Assembly: GCA_963724765.1 (NCBI GenBank)
Contig: CAVRVY010000001.1
Location: forward strand, 96,001-160,000
Origin: an uncultured delta proteobacterium
GTDB lineage: Bacteria; Desulfobacterota; Binatia; Binatales; Binataceae
DNA length: 64,000 bases
Direction of reading: 5' to 3'
Shown here: piece after piece, positions 1 to 8,348 of the stretch
Position numbering within the stretch: position 1 is the stretch's first letter
Layout: each line of letters opens with the position of its first letter
Position numbers and translations under genes: made by a program
Notes under the pieces: generated by a model
What the model was told of the DNA's origin: nothing
Databases searched by the model: none
The model's input: only the letters and a program-made list of their open reading frames with translations

Positions 1-13
1 AGGAGGCAGTGAT

Positions 14-1321
14 ATGGACAGCGACGAGTTGGACATCGCGCAAGTTCGTGAGCTGCTCGACGCGCTCGGCGACAGCGGCCCGAGTGATCCGCGCTATCGC
101 CTCATTCGCGCGTGGGTGCTCGCGCACCGTCGCAAGGCGCGCGCACTCTGGCAGCGAGGCGATATCTGGTGGACGCGAATCTGGGTGCCGCGCGAGCACC
201 GCGAATGGCGCGAAAGCACCGGCATCAGAGTGTCGGATGATCCCAACGGGCGCAAAGCGATGATCGTGGCGCGGCAGCGCATGGTCGATGTCGATAAGGG
301 GAAACCCACGCCCGACGCTCAAACGACATACGCAGATTTGCGCGAACTGATCCTTCGCGACTATGAACTCAACGGCAAGAAGCGTAAAGCACTCCTCACC
401 CGCCTGCTTCACCTCGATCCCTACTTCCGCGATTACAAGGCCGCGCGCATCACTTCGGCCGTCTTTGATCGCTATGCTACTGAACGCCACAACGCGGGCG
501 CCGCCAACGGCAGCATCAACCGCGAGCGCGACGTACTCAATCGCATGTTCGTCCTGGGCGTGCGCGCGGGATTGAGTATCGTCGCGCCCTACTTTACGCG
601 ATTGAAGGAAGCGCCGCCTCATGCTGGGTTCTTTGAGGCTAAGGAATTCGCCGCCGTACTCGCGCACCTTCCCAATTATCTACAACCGCCGATGCAGACT
701 GCCTACCTGACCGGCTGGCGCCTAAATGAAGTGCTGACCCGCAAACCCGAGCACGTCGATCTCAACGCTGGCCCTGGTTGGCTACGACTCGATCCCGGTG
801 AAAGCAAGACCGGTAAGGCGCGTATGTTTCCTCTCGCCGGCGGTTTGCGCGATCTCGTCGTCGAGCAACTCCGCGTCAGCGCCGAGCGCGGATCACCGTG
901 GCTATTCCCATCGCGGTTGGCGCTGCTGGGCTACGATGACGGGCGTGCGCTCACGGCGAATGTGCGCTTTTATCGCGCCTGGCATGATGCGTGTGAAAAG
1001 GCCGGAGTGAAAGGACGTATTCCGCACGACTTTCGCCGCACCGCCTACCGGAACCTCTTACGCGCCGGAATCCCCAAGCCTATAGCGATGGCCTGGATCG
1101 GGCACGAGACGGATGCGATGGCGAAGCGCTACGCGATCATGGATGAGGGATTATTTGGCGAGTTTTCGACGCGCCTGACGAACGCCTATGGCGCGCTACC
1201 CATCACAGAGAACGCGATGGAGATTGCGCCGGAGGGTGTCGCGCTAGAGGGCGTCGCGAAGCTGCCCGAACTTGTCTGCCATGACGATGGGTTCCCATCC
1301 ACGTCCCTGATAGGGCGGTAG
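14..1321 (+). CDS. Tyrosine recombinase/integrase (paralog 1)
   Basis: AGGAGG RBS at 1-6; catalytic motifs TGWR, PHDFRR, GHET, KRY; shares WLRLDPGESK..RMFPL with 13194..14411. Confidence 0.93.
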   Translation: MDSDELDIAQVRELLDALGDSGPSDPRYRLIRAWVLAHRRKARALWQRGDIWWTRIWVPREHREWRESTGIRVSDDPNGRKAMIVARQRMVDVDKGKPTPDAQTTYADLRELILRDYELNGKKRKALLTRLLHLDPYFRDYKAARITSAVFDRYATERHNAGAANGSINRERDVLNRMFVLGVRAGLSIVAPYFTRLKEAPPHAGFFEAKEFAAVLAHLPNYLQPPMQTAYLTGWRLNEVLTRKPEHVDLNAGPGWLRLDPGESKTGKARMFPLAGGLRDLVVEQLRVSAERGSPWLFPSRLALLGYDDGRALTANVRFYRAWHDACEKAGVKGRIPHDFRRTAYRNLLRAGIPKPIAMAWIGHETDAMAKRYAIMDEGLFGEFSTRLTNAYGALPITENAMEIAPEGVALEGVAKLPELVCHDDGFPSTSLIGR

Positions 1322-1420
1322 GTTGTCGCAAAGGAAACGACCGCAACGGACACGATAACGCCCTGGGGTCATCAGTCGAAGCGCGCGGGAAAGTGGTCGC
1401 CGTTGGGGCCTCGCTAGCCA

Positions 1421-1450
1421 TTTGTCGCGATTTACTATGATCGCGTCACA
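1421..1450. promoter_or_regulatory. Imperfect inverted repeat TTTGTCGCGAT-N8-ATCGCGTCACA; candidate protein-binding or recombination site
   Basis: Read directly; further TGTCGC copies at ~1324, 1452, 1475; related site at 12411-12434. Confidence 0.4.
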
Positions 1451-1543
1451 GTGTCGCAATCTACGGAAAATCTTTGTCGCGAGACGAATATAGTATTGGT
1501 CTGCTTTTTGTGCGTGGTAATTTAACCATGAGGTGATCGAGAA

Positions 1544-2017
1544 ATGGATAATCAAACAGAGTCCGGGAAAAGCCCGGCAGACTTGGCGATTGCGGAAGTG
1601 GCAGGGATAGTCCGGGCGTTGCCGGACGACCTGACGCTGGAACAGCTTCAGGGCATCGTAGCCACGGTGGCGGACGCATTCAGCGTTGACCTGGAAGAGA
1701 TTGACGGGTCAGTGCGCGAGGGCGCGGACGAAGCCGCGAAAGAAGCGGCAGCGGAATCCCTCACAGAAGCGGCTCGCGAAGAAACCGACAACGCATATCT
1801 CGCCTACATGCATGAGCACTCAGAAGCGGCCATCGAGGCCGCGCTTGAGCCCGTGCGCGAGAAAGCCCGCGCGGCGGCGGACGCTGCCTTCGAGGAAGAG
1901 CAGGAAGCGGATCAAAAGCGCTACGACGCGGCTTACGCGGAAGCATATCGCGACGCCTACCGCGCCGGGTTGCTTGAGGACGACAAGCTCAAGCTCAATC
2001 GCCTTCTACACCAATAG
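1544..2017 (+). CDS. Hypothetical acidic Ala/Glu-rich helical protein
   Basis: 157-aa ORF with GAGG RBS; about a quarter D/E; YDAAYAEAYRDAYRAG repeat near C-terminus. Confidence 0.7.
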   Translation: MDNQTESGKSPADLAIAEVAGIVRALPDDLTLEQLQGIVATVADAFSVDLEEIDGSVREGADEAAKEAAAESLTEAAREETDNAYLAYMHEHSEAAIEAALEPVREKARAAADAAFEEEQEADQKRYDAAYAEAYRDAYRAGLLEDDKLKLNRLLHQ

Positions 2018-2284
2018 GACTTTGGTTAGGAGACGATCCTGCGCGTGTCGATCGGCTTAAGGTTGTCAGATAACCTTTTTGCCCGCGTCCTGATGATCGA
2101 TGCTGGTTAGCCTTGGCCTTCGTCGCAAGCACTGTAGAGGCGAGGCGCTGTGTGCTCGCTCGTGCTCCCCTCCGGTCCGCACGGCTCGCCATAAGCGATG
2201 TGGCGACACGAAGCGTGCGGAGCGTCGCGCGGGCGCTGAAGCACGGGGACTACCAACAGACTTGCGGAGCCACGGGGCGCCCCC

Positions 2285-3541
2285 TTAATTCGCGGACTTT
2301 TCCATTTGCTCGCAAGCGTCGCGCTCTTTGTCGCGTAGTCTGCGTAAATTCTCGATCCTCTCGGTCTTTTGCTCCGTGTCATACACGGCGTGAGTAGGAC
2401 GGCTTTCGGTCTCCGCTATTTCCGATGTCCATTTGCCCACGCCCGCCCAGCATTCCTTTAGCCGTTTGGCCCACAGCCCCTCTGCATGCTCGCGCTCTTC
2501 GTGCAAGTCGAGCTGCTGTGCTCTCCGTTGAGTGTCCTGTTGAATCTGCCAGGCTTCAGCCGAGCCGGGTTTTTCGACTTCCGTAACTGCGAAGTGACGT
2601 TCAGCCAATTTCTGTCCGTCCAAATAGAACCTGATTGTGTAGGTGCCGGGTTGAAAGGCGCCGCCTGAGTTGCTGCCGACCTTGCCGCTAAAGGTCACGG
2701 TGTCCTGGTCAGCGTTCACCGTCTCGAAGTCATCGACACTCCCAAGTATCTGTCCTTGAGGTCCGTAAAAAGTGGCGTGGAGGCGGTAGCGTTTGATGTT
2801 GGAATCCGGAGGCGAGGTGTTCCTAAAAAAAGTCTGCCAGTTCACAAAGAGGAGCTTAAATACATCAAACGTGCTGGCTGGGGCCGAGAGTGGAAGCCCG
2901 TATCTCGTGGTGTTTTGAAGGACGATGTTCGATAGCGTCAACGATGCATGAGTATTTGGTATGGCTCTGGCTATTGTCGCAGGGAGGGCGCTCTTCTTAT
3001 GGGCAGCTAAAGACGCAGAAGCGGCGGGTGCAACGCACGCAATCTTCGAATCGCCGATAATCTTAGCCGGATGGTCGCGATCCAGCGCTACGGAGGCCAT
3101 ACCGGCGCCCTTGACCACGATCCACGGCAGTATGTTCACTTGGATATATGCTGGGGGACTGCCACTTGAACCGCTCAGTATTTCTAGCGGCCACTGAAAA
3201 GAAAACTCCTCCCCCGGCCACAGCACTGGCGCGGTCGGCGCAACCGGTATGCCCCGATGTGCCACAGCACTGTCTCTCTCCATAATGAAGGCATCGTTCT
3301 TTGTGTATCCCTTGACTGTAAGCTGGAACTTCTCGGGCAGCGGTTTTGACGTTGCGTTTGCGACCCCGATTTTTATGCCGTGAGCGCTGTCGCACTCTGC
3401 CTCGATAACGCGGAATGCCGGCGTTTCTGGATCACTCGGCCGTTTTTCGGGTTTCGCGACTAACGCGCGGCCGAAGAGCACGAGCGCAATGCCCGCTAAC
3501 AGTGCGCACGCGACAACAGCGCTCAGGGTTCTAGGGTTCAC
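2285..3541 (-). CDS. Hypothetical membrane-anchored/exported protein with Ig-like beta-rich domains
   Basis: N-terminal hydrophobic helix; PGTYTIRFYLDGQKL strand typical of Ig-like folds; charged helical C-terminus. Confidence 0.65.
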   Translation of the reverse strand: MNPRTLSAVVACALLAGIALVLFGRALVAKPEKRPSDPETPAFRVIEAECDSAHGIKIGVANATSKPLPEKFQLTVKGYTKNDAFIMERDSAVAHRGIPVAPTAPVLWPGEEFSFQWPLEILSGSSGSPPAYIQVNILPWIVVKGAGMASVALDRDHPAKIIGDSKIACVAPAASASLAAHKKSALPATIARAIPNTHASLTLSNIVLQNTTRYGLPLSAPASTFDVFKLLFVNWQTFFRNTSPPDSNIKRYRLHATFYGPQGQILGSVDDFETVNADQDTVTFSGKVGSNSGGAFQPGTYTIRFYLDGQKLAERHFAVTEVEKPGSAEAWQIQQDTQRRAQQLDLHEEREHAEGLWAKRLKECWAGVGKWTSEIAETESRPTHAVYDTEQKTERIENLRRLRDKERDACEQMEKSAN

Positions 3542-3558
3542 GCATGCTCCAACTCTCG

Positions 3559-4539
3559 CTAAGACGATGCGGTCTTCCTGCGCCGCCCACTTAGTATCTG
3601 CTGCTTACGGCGATTCGTGCACCTGTCCGAGCACGACCGTTGACTTGAATGGCGGGCATAAAAGTAACGTCCGCAGCGCGGGTTTCGGCACACCCGTATG
3701 CGCTGCAAACCCGCGTCGCCCAAGTCCTCGAAGATCATTTGCAGTGCCGCGTAAGCGTGATCGATCCAGCTTTCTCCCGGCCAGTCGGGCGCTTCGTCGT
3801 CTTCATCTTGTGTGACGCGATGCTCGTGGGCGGCTATGTGGATAGTCAGACCAATCCTGCGCAAGAAGCCATAGAGCTGCCAGGCGTCGGGTCTGTCGCT
3901 TGCGATGAACCATGCCAAGACCGGATGTTGGGGTCCGGCGTTGGGTTTTTCCGCCCGCGCTTTGAAAACTCTGAGCATGTCCGCGAATCCGACGCTTCGT
4001 GCGAAGTCCTCGTAAAACTGCGTGCGTTCGACGGCGCGCTCGGCGGTCTCGCAATCGGTCGGGCGATTATTCGCAACGTCGGAAGCAGACCAGCGGATTC
4101 CACGCTCACTCAATTCGGTTTTGACTCTAAGATAATTGCCCTCAAACGACGATAACCCATCGCGCCCGATCCAGTTTGCGGCTTCGATGAAAGCCTTGAG
4201 CGCCGCCAGCCGGTTGCGGCGCTGCGCTCCCGTAAGCGTAGTAAGCGCGTCGCCAGTTAGGCGTTCGTTTCTCTCGCGGGCGAGCTTGCGGATAAGCGAC
4301 TGGCTAAAGGGGCCACCAAACGCGTCGGGCCAGTGCAGGGCGATATAGGCCAGTCGGGTGATTGGTAATGGGATCGTGTCTTTTGCGGCGGCGCTCGCAA
4401 CCAGTCTCTCAAAGGCGTCGGGATCGTAGCTCGCCAATACCGCATCGCAGAAGTCCGTGGCGGCTTGGCTACCGGGTTCGAGGCTTTGTTGTTCGCTGAA
4501 GCTGGTAGTTGGGGTTGATTCGTGACGATTAGTCATCAT
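3559..4539 (-). CDS. CGNR zinc-finger domain protein
   Basis: C-terminal RIRVCRNPRCGRYF...RSCSDRCTNRRKQ motif. Confidence 0.8.
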   Translation of the reverse strand: MMTNRHESTPTTSFSEQQSLEPGSQAATDFCDAVLASYDPDAFERLVASAAAKDTIPLPITRLAYIALHWPDAFGGPFSQSLIRKLARERNERLTGDALTTLTGAQRRNRLAALKAFIEAANWIGRDGLSSFEGNYLRVKTELSERGIRWSASDVANNRPTDCETAERAVERTQFYEDFARSVGFADMLRVFKARAEKPNAGPQHPVLAWFIASDRPDAWQLYGFLRRIGLTIHIAAHEHRVTQDEDDEAPDWPGESWIDHAYAALQMIFEDLGDAGLQRIRVCRNPRCGRYFYARHSSQRSCSDRCTNRRKQQILSGRRRKTASS

Positions 4540-4621
4540 TGTCTACCAACTACAATATAGCATGAGAGGCAGTGAAATGCGCAGTACACGCGAGGTCGGC
4601 AACATCGATAAGGAGCATCAG

Positions 4622-4822
4622 ATGGGAGAGATTCTAGATACGAAACAAGCTGCGGTTTTCCTGGGTCTCCGCCCCGGCACGTTGGCGGTTTGGCGGATGG
4701 AAGGCCGTGGTCCGGGTTACGTGAAGCTCGGGAAGCGAGTTGTCTACCGGCGCGATGCGCTGGAGCGGTTCCAGGCGGCACACACGATCGACCCCGAACG
4801 CGACCCGCAGCATGCCGCCTAA
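4622..4822 (+). CDS. AlpA/excisionase-like HTH_17 protein
   Basis: AAGGAG RBS before ATG 4622; LDTKQAAVFLGLRPGTLAVWRMEGRGPGYVKLGKRVVYRR. Confidence 0.88.
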   Translation: MGEILDTKQAAVFLGLRPGTLAVWRMEGRGPGYVKLGKRVVYRRDALERFQAAHTIDPERDPQHAA

Positions 4823-4849
4823 CATGAATGAATTTTCGGTAGAGGTGCG

Positions 4850-5206
4850 ATGCCACGGCTGTGGCGGCCGTGGCGATCGCCGACAACATGGAGAACCAGC
4901 TACGTGGAGACCCCCACAATATCATCTTCATTTGACAGACCAATACCCGAAGCTGACGCCTCCACATCGCGTCGCTGGCAGATCGAGACACCCACTGGCC
5001 GCCTAGAAGTCCTCGCGGACGACTGCAACGTCGGTGAGGCCGGTGTTCTTCACTTCAGCGACTATGGGCCGCTCGGCGAAATGGACGGGCGGCGCATCGT
5101 CATATGCGTCATCGGCCCGGCGGGATGGACGCGCTTAATCCCACCACCATCCGCTTTCGACGATGACGATGACGACGCAGCGGCTTCAGCGAGCGCACGA
5201 TCATGA
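4850..5206 (+). CDS. Hypothetical protein (start uncertain)
   Basis: Lies in the rightward operon; stop overlaps next ATG (ATGA). Confidence 0.5.
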   Translation: MPRLWRPWRSPTTWRTSYVETPTISSSFDRPIPEADASTSRRWQIETPTGRLEVLADDCNVGEAGVLHFSDYGPLGEMDGRRIVICVIGPAGWTRLIPPPSAFDDDDDDAAASASARS

Positions 5207-5703
5207 GCACGACGAGCACGCCGACTATCGCGCGGCCATCCACATCGATCGCGATCGATGCTGAGTGGTTCGAGCGTCTCGGCCGCCGCTATTTCTACGC
5301 GCACCGCGCATTCCCGCAGACCATCGCGCGCAGCAACCGCCAAGTGTCACTCAAAGTAGCCGCGATTAACTTCGCGCACTTCCGCGACCAGGGCGGACCC
5401 AATCAAACCCCGTGTGACCGCTACGGCGTCGATGCTGAAGTGCCGGCGCTCTTTGAACGTGAATTCCTGCGCCGGGCGACGCCCTCATTGATTCTCGACA
5501 TGCTCGGTGAGATCGAAGCGCTGCACAATGTCGTTTTGGATTTGGACCCGGCTTTTTGCTGGGAACCCAATGTTCGCCGATTCATGAACAAGTTGCGGCG
5601 TCATCCAGATTGGACCGCCAGCCCGCGCGACGAAGAATGTGCACGAGACGAGAGCGCCGAGCGCGACGATAGGTTAACCGTGGGCGGCGACGCGCATGCT
5701 TAA
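5203..5703 (+). CDS. Phage-type protein with Ead/Ea22-like motif
   Basis: FLRRATPSLILDMLGEIEAL resembles the Ea22 motif FIAAANPxxVLALLDELE; overlaps both neighbours. Confidence 0.55.
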   Translation: MSTTSTPTIARPSTSIAIDAEWFERLGRRYFYAHRAFPQTIARSNRQVSLKVAAINFAHFRDQGGPNQTPCDRYGVDAEVPALFEREFLRRATPSLILDMLGEIEALHNVVLDLDPAFCWEPNVRRFMNKLRRHPDWTASPRDEECARDESAERDDRLTVGGDAHA

Positions 5704-6955
5704 CATCGACGCCGACTCGACCCCCGCGAAAATTGGTGCGCGTGATCGTAGGCTGCCATTGAGCGTATCGAGCGCCTACACCAAAGCCACACTGCGCGAC
5801 CTCGCCAAGTTCGAAGGCCGCACACTCGATCCCTCGATCGTCCGCCGCGCCGAATTGGCGCACGATCCCGCAGTGCGTGATGGCGGCGATCCTGCCGTGA
5901 AAGCCGATTTAACCGCGCCACCACGCGCGCAACTCGAATCAGCCTCACCGCCGCCAGCACCATCCGCCTTCTCATTTACGCCGCTGCGCGATCTTCTCGC
6001 CGAACAACCGCAACCAGAAAAATGGCTATGGGACGGGATACTGAGCGAAGGCGGCCTCTCGCTTTTGGCCGGTAAACCGAAAGCGGGCAAGTCAGTATTG
6101 GTTCGCAACTTGGCCATGTGCATCGCGCGCGGTATTCCATTCTGCAACCGCCCGACGCGCAAAGGCCGTGTTGTCTACTTAGCCTTCGAGGAGAGCCGCA
6201 ACGCCATCCGCCGCCACTTCGAGCTTATGAATGCGGACGGCAGCGAGGAGATCGTGATCCACGTCGGCCCGAAGTTCGGCAGCGACGCCGATGATCCCGG
6301 TCGCCTACTGCTCAACATCGTAAGTACCTATCGCCCGGCGCTTATAGCCATCGACACATTCGCCAAGTTGTTTCGCATCCGAGACATCAACAAAGATTAC
6401 ACCGCAGTCTCAAAAGCACTCGAAATCCCGATGCATATCGGACGCGAGGGCAAGACGCACATCCTACTCACGCATCACGCGGGTAAAGGTGAAAACACCG
6501 AGCCCATCGATCAGATCATCGGTACGACCGCACTCGCGGGCGCCGTCGATACGATCCTCATCCTCGATCGCAGCCGCAACCTTGGCGGCGACGCTTCCGT
6601 TCTTACGTCCATTCAGCGCTACGGCGATGAACCCGATCCGCTATCTCTGATCCTCGATGAACGGACGGAAATTTTCGCTCCCAACGCCACCGACGCCGCC
6701 CAGACGCGAACACGCGAGGACGCGAAGATCGCCGAGATCGCCGCCTTCATTCGCGGCCACGCCAACCGCGCCACCGAGACGGAAATCCGCCAGTCTATTT
6801 CGGGCCGCGTCGAAACAATCCGCCGCCTCCTACGCCAAGCGGTAGCAACCGGGCGCATTCTCACGTCGGGCGGTGCCAAGAAGGGCGATCCCACGCTCTA
6901 TCGCCTCCCTGACACCTCACAACCCGAAACGCGGGAACAGAATAGAGAAAAGTAA
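5696..6955 (+). CDS. AAA_25/RepA-type replicative helicase with probable C-terminal winged helix
   Basis: Walker A GKPKAGKS, YLAFEE, Walker B IAIDT, LTHHAGK, GTTALAGAVD. Confidence 0.88.
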   Translation: MLNIDADSTPAKIGARDRRLPLSVSSAYTKATLRDLAKFEGRTLDPSIVRRAELAHDPAVRDGGDPAVKADLTAPPRAQLESASPPPAPSAFSFTPLRDLLAEQPQPEKWLWDGILSEGGLSLLAGKPKAGKSVLVRNLAMCIARGIPFCNRPTRKGRVVYLAFEESRNAIRRHFELMNADGSEEIVIHVGPKFGSDADDPGRLLLNIVSTYRPALIAIDTFAKLFRIRDINKDYTAVSKALEIPMHIGREGKTHILLTHHAGKGENTEPIDQIIGTTALAGAVDTILILDRSRNLGGDASVLTSIQRYGDEPDPLSLILDERTEIFAPNATDAAQTRTREDAKIAEIAAFIRGHANRATETEIRQSISGRVETIRRLLRQAVATGRILTSGGAKKGDPTLYRLPDTSQPETREQNREK

Positions 6956-7143
6956 TAATAATGCTTATATTTACTACTCTTTATTCTGTTCCCATCACTC
7001 GGGAACAACATGGGAACAGCATGGAACAGGGAACAGCATCCGCTTTCTGTTCCCTCGTGTTCCCGTTCTGTTCCCACCTCGACGGGAACAGAATTAAGCC
7101 AATGAACATAAAGGATATTCGGCGTTTTTCGGATTCTGTTCCC
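6933..7143. repeat. Iteron array, putative replication origin (GGGAACA[G], about 11 copies in both orientations, AT-rich cores)
   Basis: Forward copies at 6933, 7001, 7012, 7023 (GGAACAG), 7029, 7084; reverse copies at 6986, 7047, 7058, 7068, 7136; begins at the helicase 3' end. Confidence 0.85.
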
Positions 7144-7203
7144 GATTTTTGGGTATGAGGTAGGGTTTCGCCGCTCCGACCCTCCAAAAAACGGTATAAG
7201 CGC

Positions 7204-7536
7204 TTGAAGACACAAGGAAAGTTTCTCGTTCCCCAAGAAAGCGATGTCTCTCCAGTATTCGTGATCGACGCCGGTAGCGATCCCGAAAGCCGTGCCGTCG
7301 CGTTCCAACTGCTCGCCGACCAGGCGAAAGGCGACATCCGACGCCTCGCCAACGGTAGGTGGGAGGCATCGATCCCCGTTCCGTCGCCCGACGGCAACGG
7401 CAACGAAATTCGTTGCTTCGCCCGCACGCGGCGCGATGTCGAATCGACCATCGATGACATCATCGCCATGCTCGTCGATTTCGGCGAGGACGGTACGATC
7501 CGCAACGCCGATGCGAAGAGCGAGGAGATCCAGTAA
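7204..7536 (+). CDS. Hypothetical protein (start uncertain)
   Basis: 110-aa ORF, in operon orientation, 2 bp before next gene. Confidence 0.55.
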   Translation: MKTQGKFLVPQESDVSPVFVIDAGSDPESRAVAFQLLADQAKGDIRRLANGRWEASIPVPSPDGNGNEIRCFARTRRDVESTIDDIIAMLVDFGEDGTIRNADAKSEEIQ

Positions 7537-7538
7537 CG

Positions 7539-7961
7539 ATGCCCACATTTGAATTCAGCGACGATCACTATCGCGCGCTCAGCGACTTGCTGCTCGGCAT
7601 CCGCGACGCCCGCCTCGCGTGGCAAGCCGCCAAAGGCAAGGTAGAGGAATGGGACAGCTTCGCTAGTGAAATTCGGCGCGGCGAGCGCGCCGGTGCTCCG
7701 TTGCACACGCTGATCGACGAGGCCGCGTCCTGGGCGTCGGGCTGGTGGCGCAGGGCAAACGCGCGTCTCTCAGCGCGCCCTTCTTTACGAAGTAATACGT
7801 TAGTTAGTAGTGATAGACTATATAAGCATCGAGGTGGTAATCCCAACTTGTCGTCGGACACGACAGGTTCGCCAGCCACATTGCCCGATCTTGGCATAAC
7901 CCGCGACCAATGCGCCTCCGTGCGAGCAACCATGAGCCACGCGATAGTGAGCGATAGCTAA
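7539..7961 (+). CDS. Hypothetical phage-type protein
   Basis: GAGGAG RBS; contains RGG...TLPDLGITRDQ segment seen in phage proteins. Confidence 0.55.
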   Translation: MPTFEFSDDHYRALSDLLLGIRDARLAWQAAKGKVEEWDSFASEIRRGERAGAPLHTLIDEAASWASGWWRRANARLSARPSLRSNTLVSSDRLYKHRGGNPNLSSDTTGSPATLPDLGITRDQCASVRATMSHAIVSDS

Positions 7962-8314
7962 TGAGAATGCGTAAAGCTGGATCATCATCGCCTCGCCCAT
8001 CGCGCGCTCCGGGCATCAGTCGATTCGGACGCTCCGGGCTCGACTCGCCGTCGTTTCACACCGGGAAAGTTACGGTATTGAAAGCCGACGCCGACAAGCC
8101 TCATCGCTGCAAGCGCTGCAATCGCTCGCCGCTCATCGGATCGCGCTGCGCAAGCTGCGGTTACGATAATCGCGCGTGTCAACTCGCGCGCAATCATCGC
8201 CGTCATCACCCGCGCCAGCTCGACAATATCCTGGGCGATGACCTCGACAACGCCGATGCGGGTTTGTTGGGCGATCTTGAAGATGACGACGCTACCGACG
8301 AGGGCGAACAATAG
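7961..8314 (+). CDS. Small zinc-ribbon protein with acidic tail
   Basis: CKRC...CASC; C-terminus DLEDDDATDEGEQ. Confidence 0.55.
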   Translation: MRMRKAGSSSPRPSRAPGISRFGRSGLDSPSFHTGKVTVLKADADKPHRCKRCNRSPLIGSRCASCGYDNRACQLARNHRRHHPRQLDNILGDDLDNADAGLLGDLEDDDATDEGEQ

Positions 8315-8348
8315 CCCGCATCGCGAATTGAAGGTGAGGTAATCAACA

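Noticed and set aside
1322-1543. Second att copy (tRNA-Leu 3' end) after int1
   Set aside because: Only GCGAGA matches; the GGGGGACTTGAA continuation is absent.
2088-2100. Hammerhead ribozyme core CTGATGA (also ~1370 minus and ~48331)
   Set aside because: No stem II followed by GAAA at the required position.
6933-7143. CRISPR array
   Set aside because: Repeats are 7-12 bp in both orientations with no unique ~30-bp spacers, and there are no cas genes; fits iterons.
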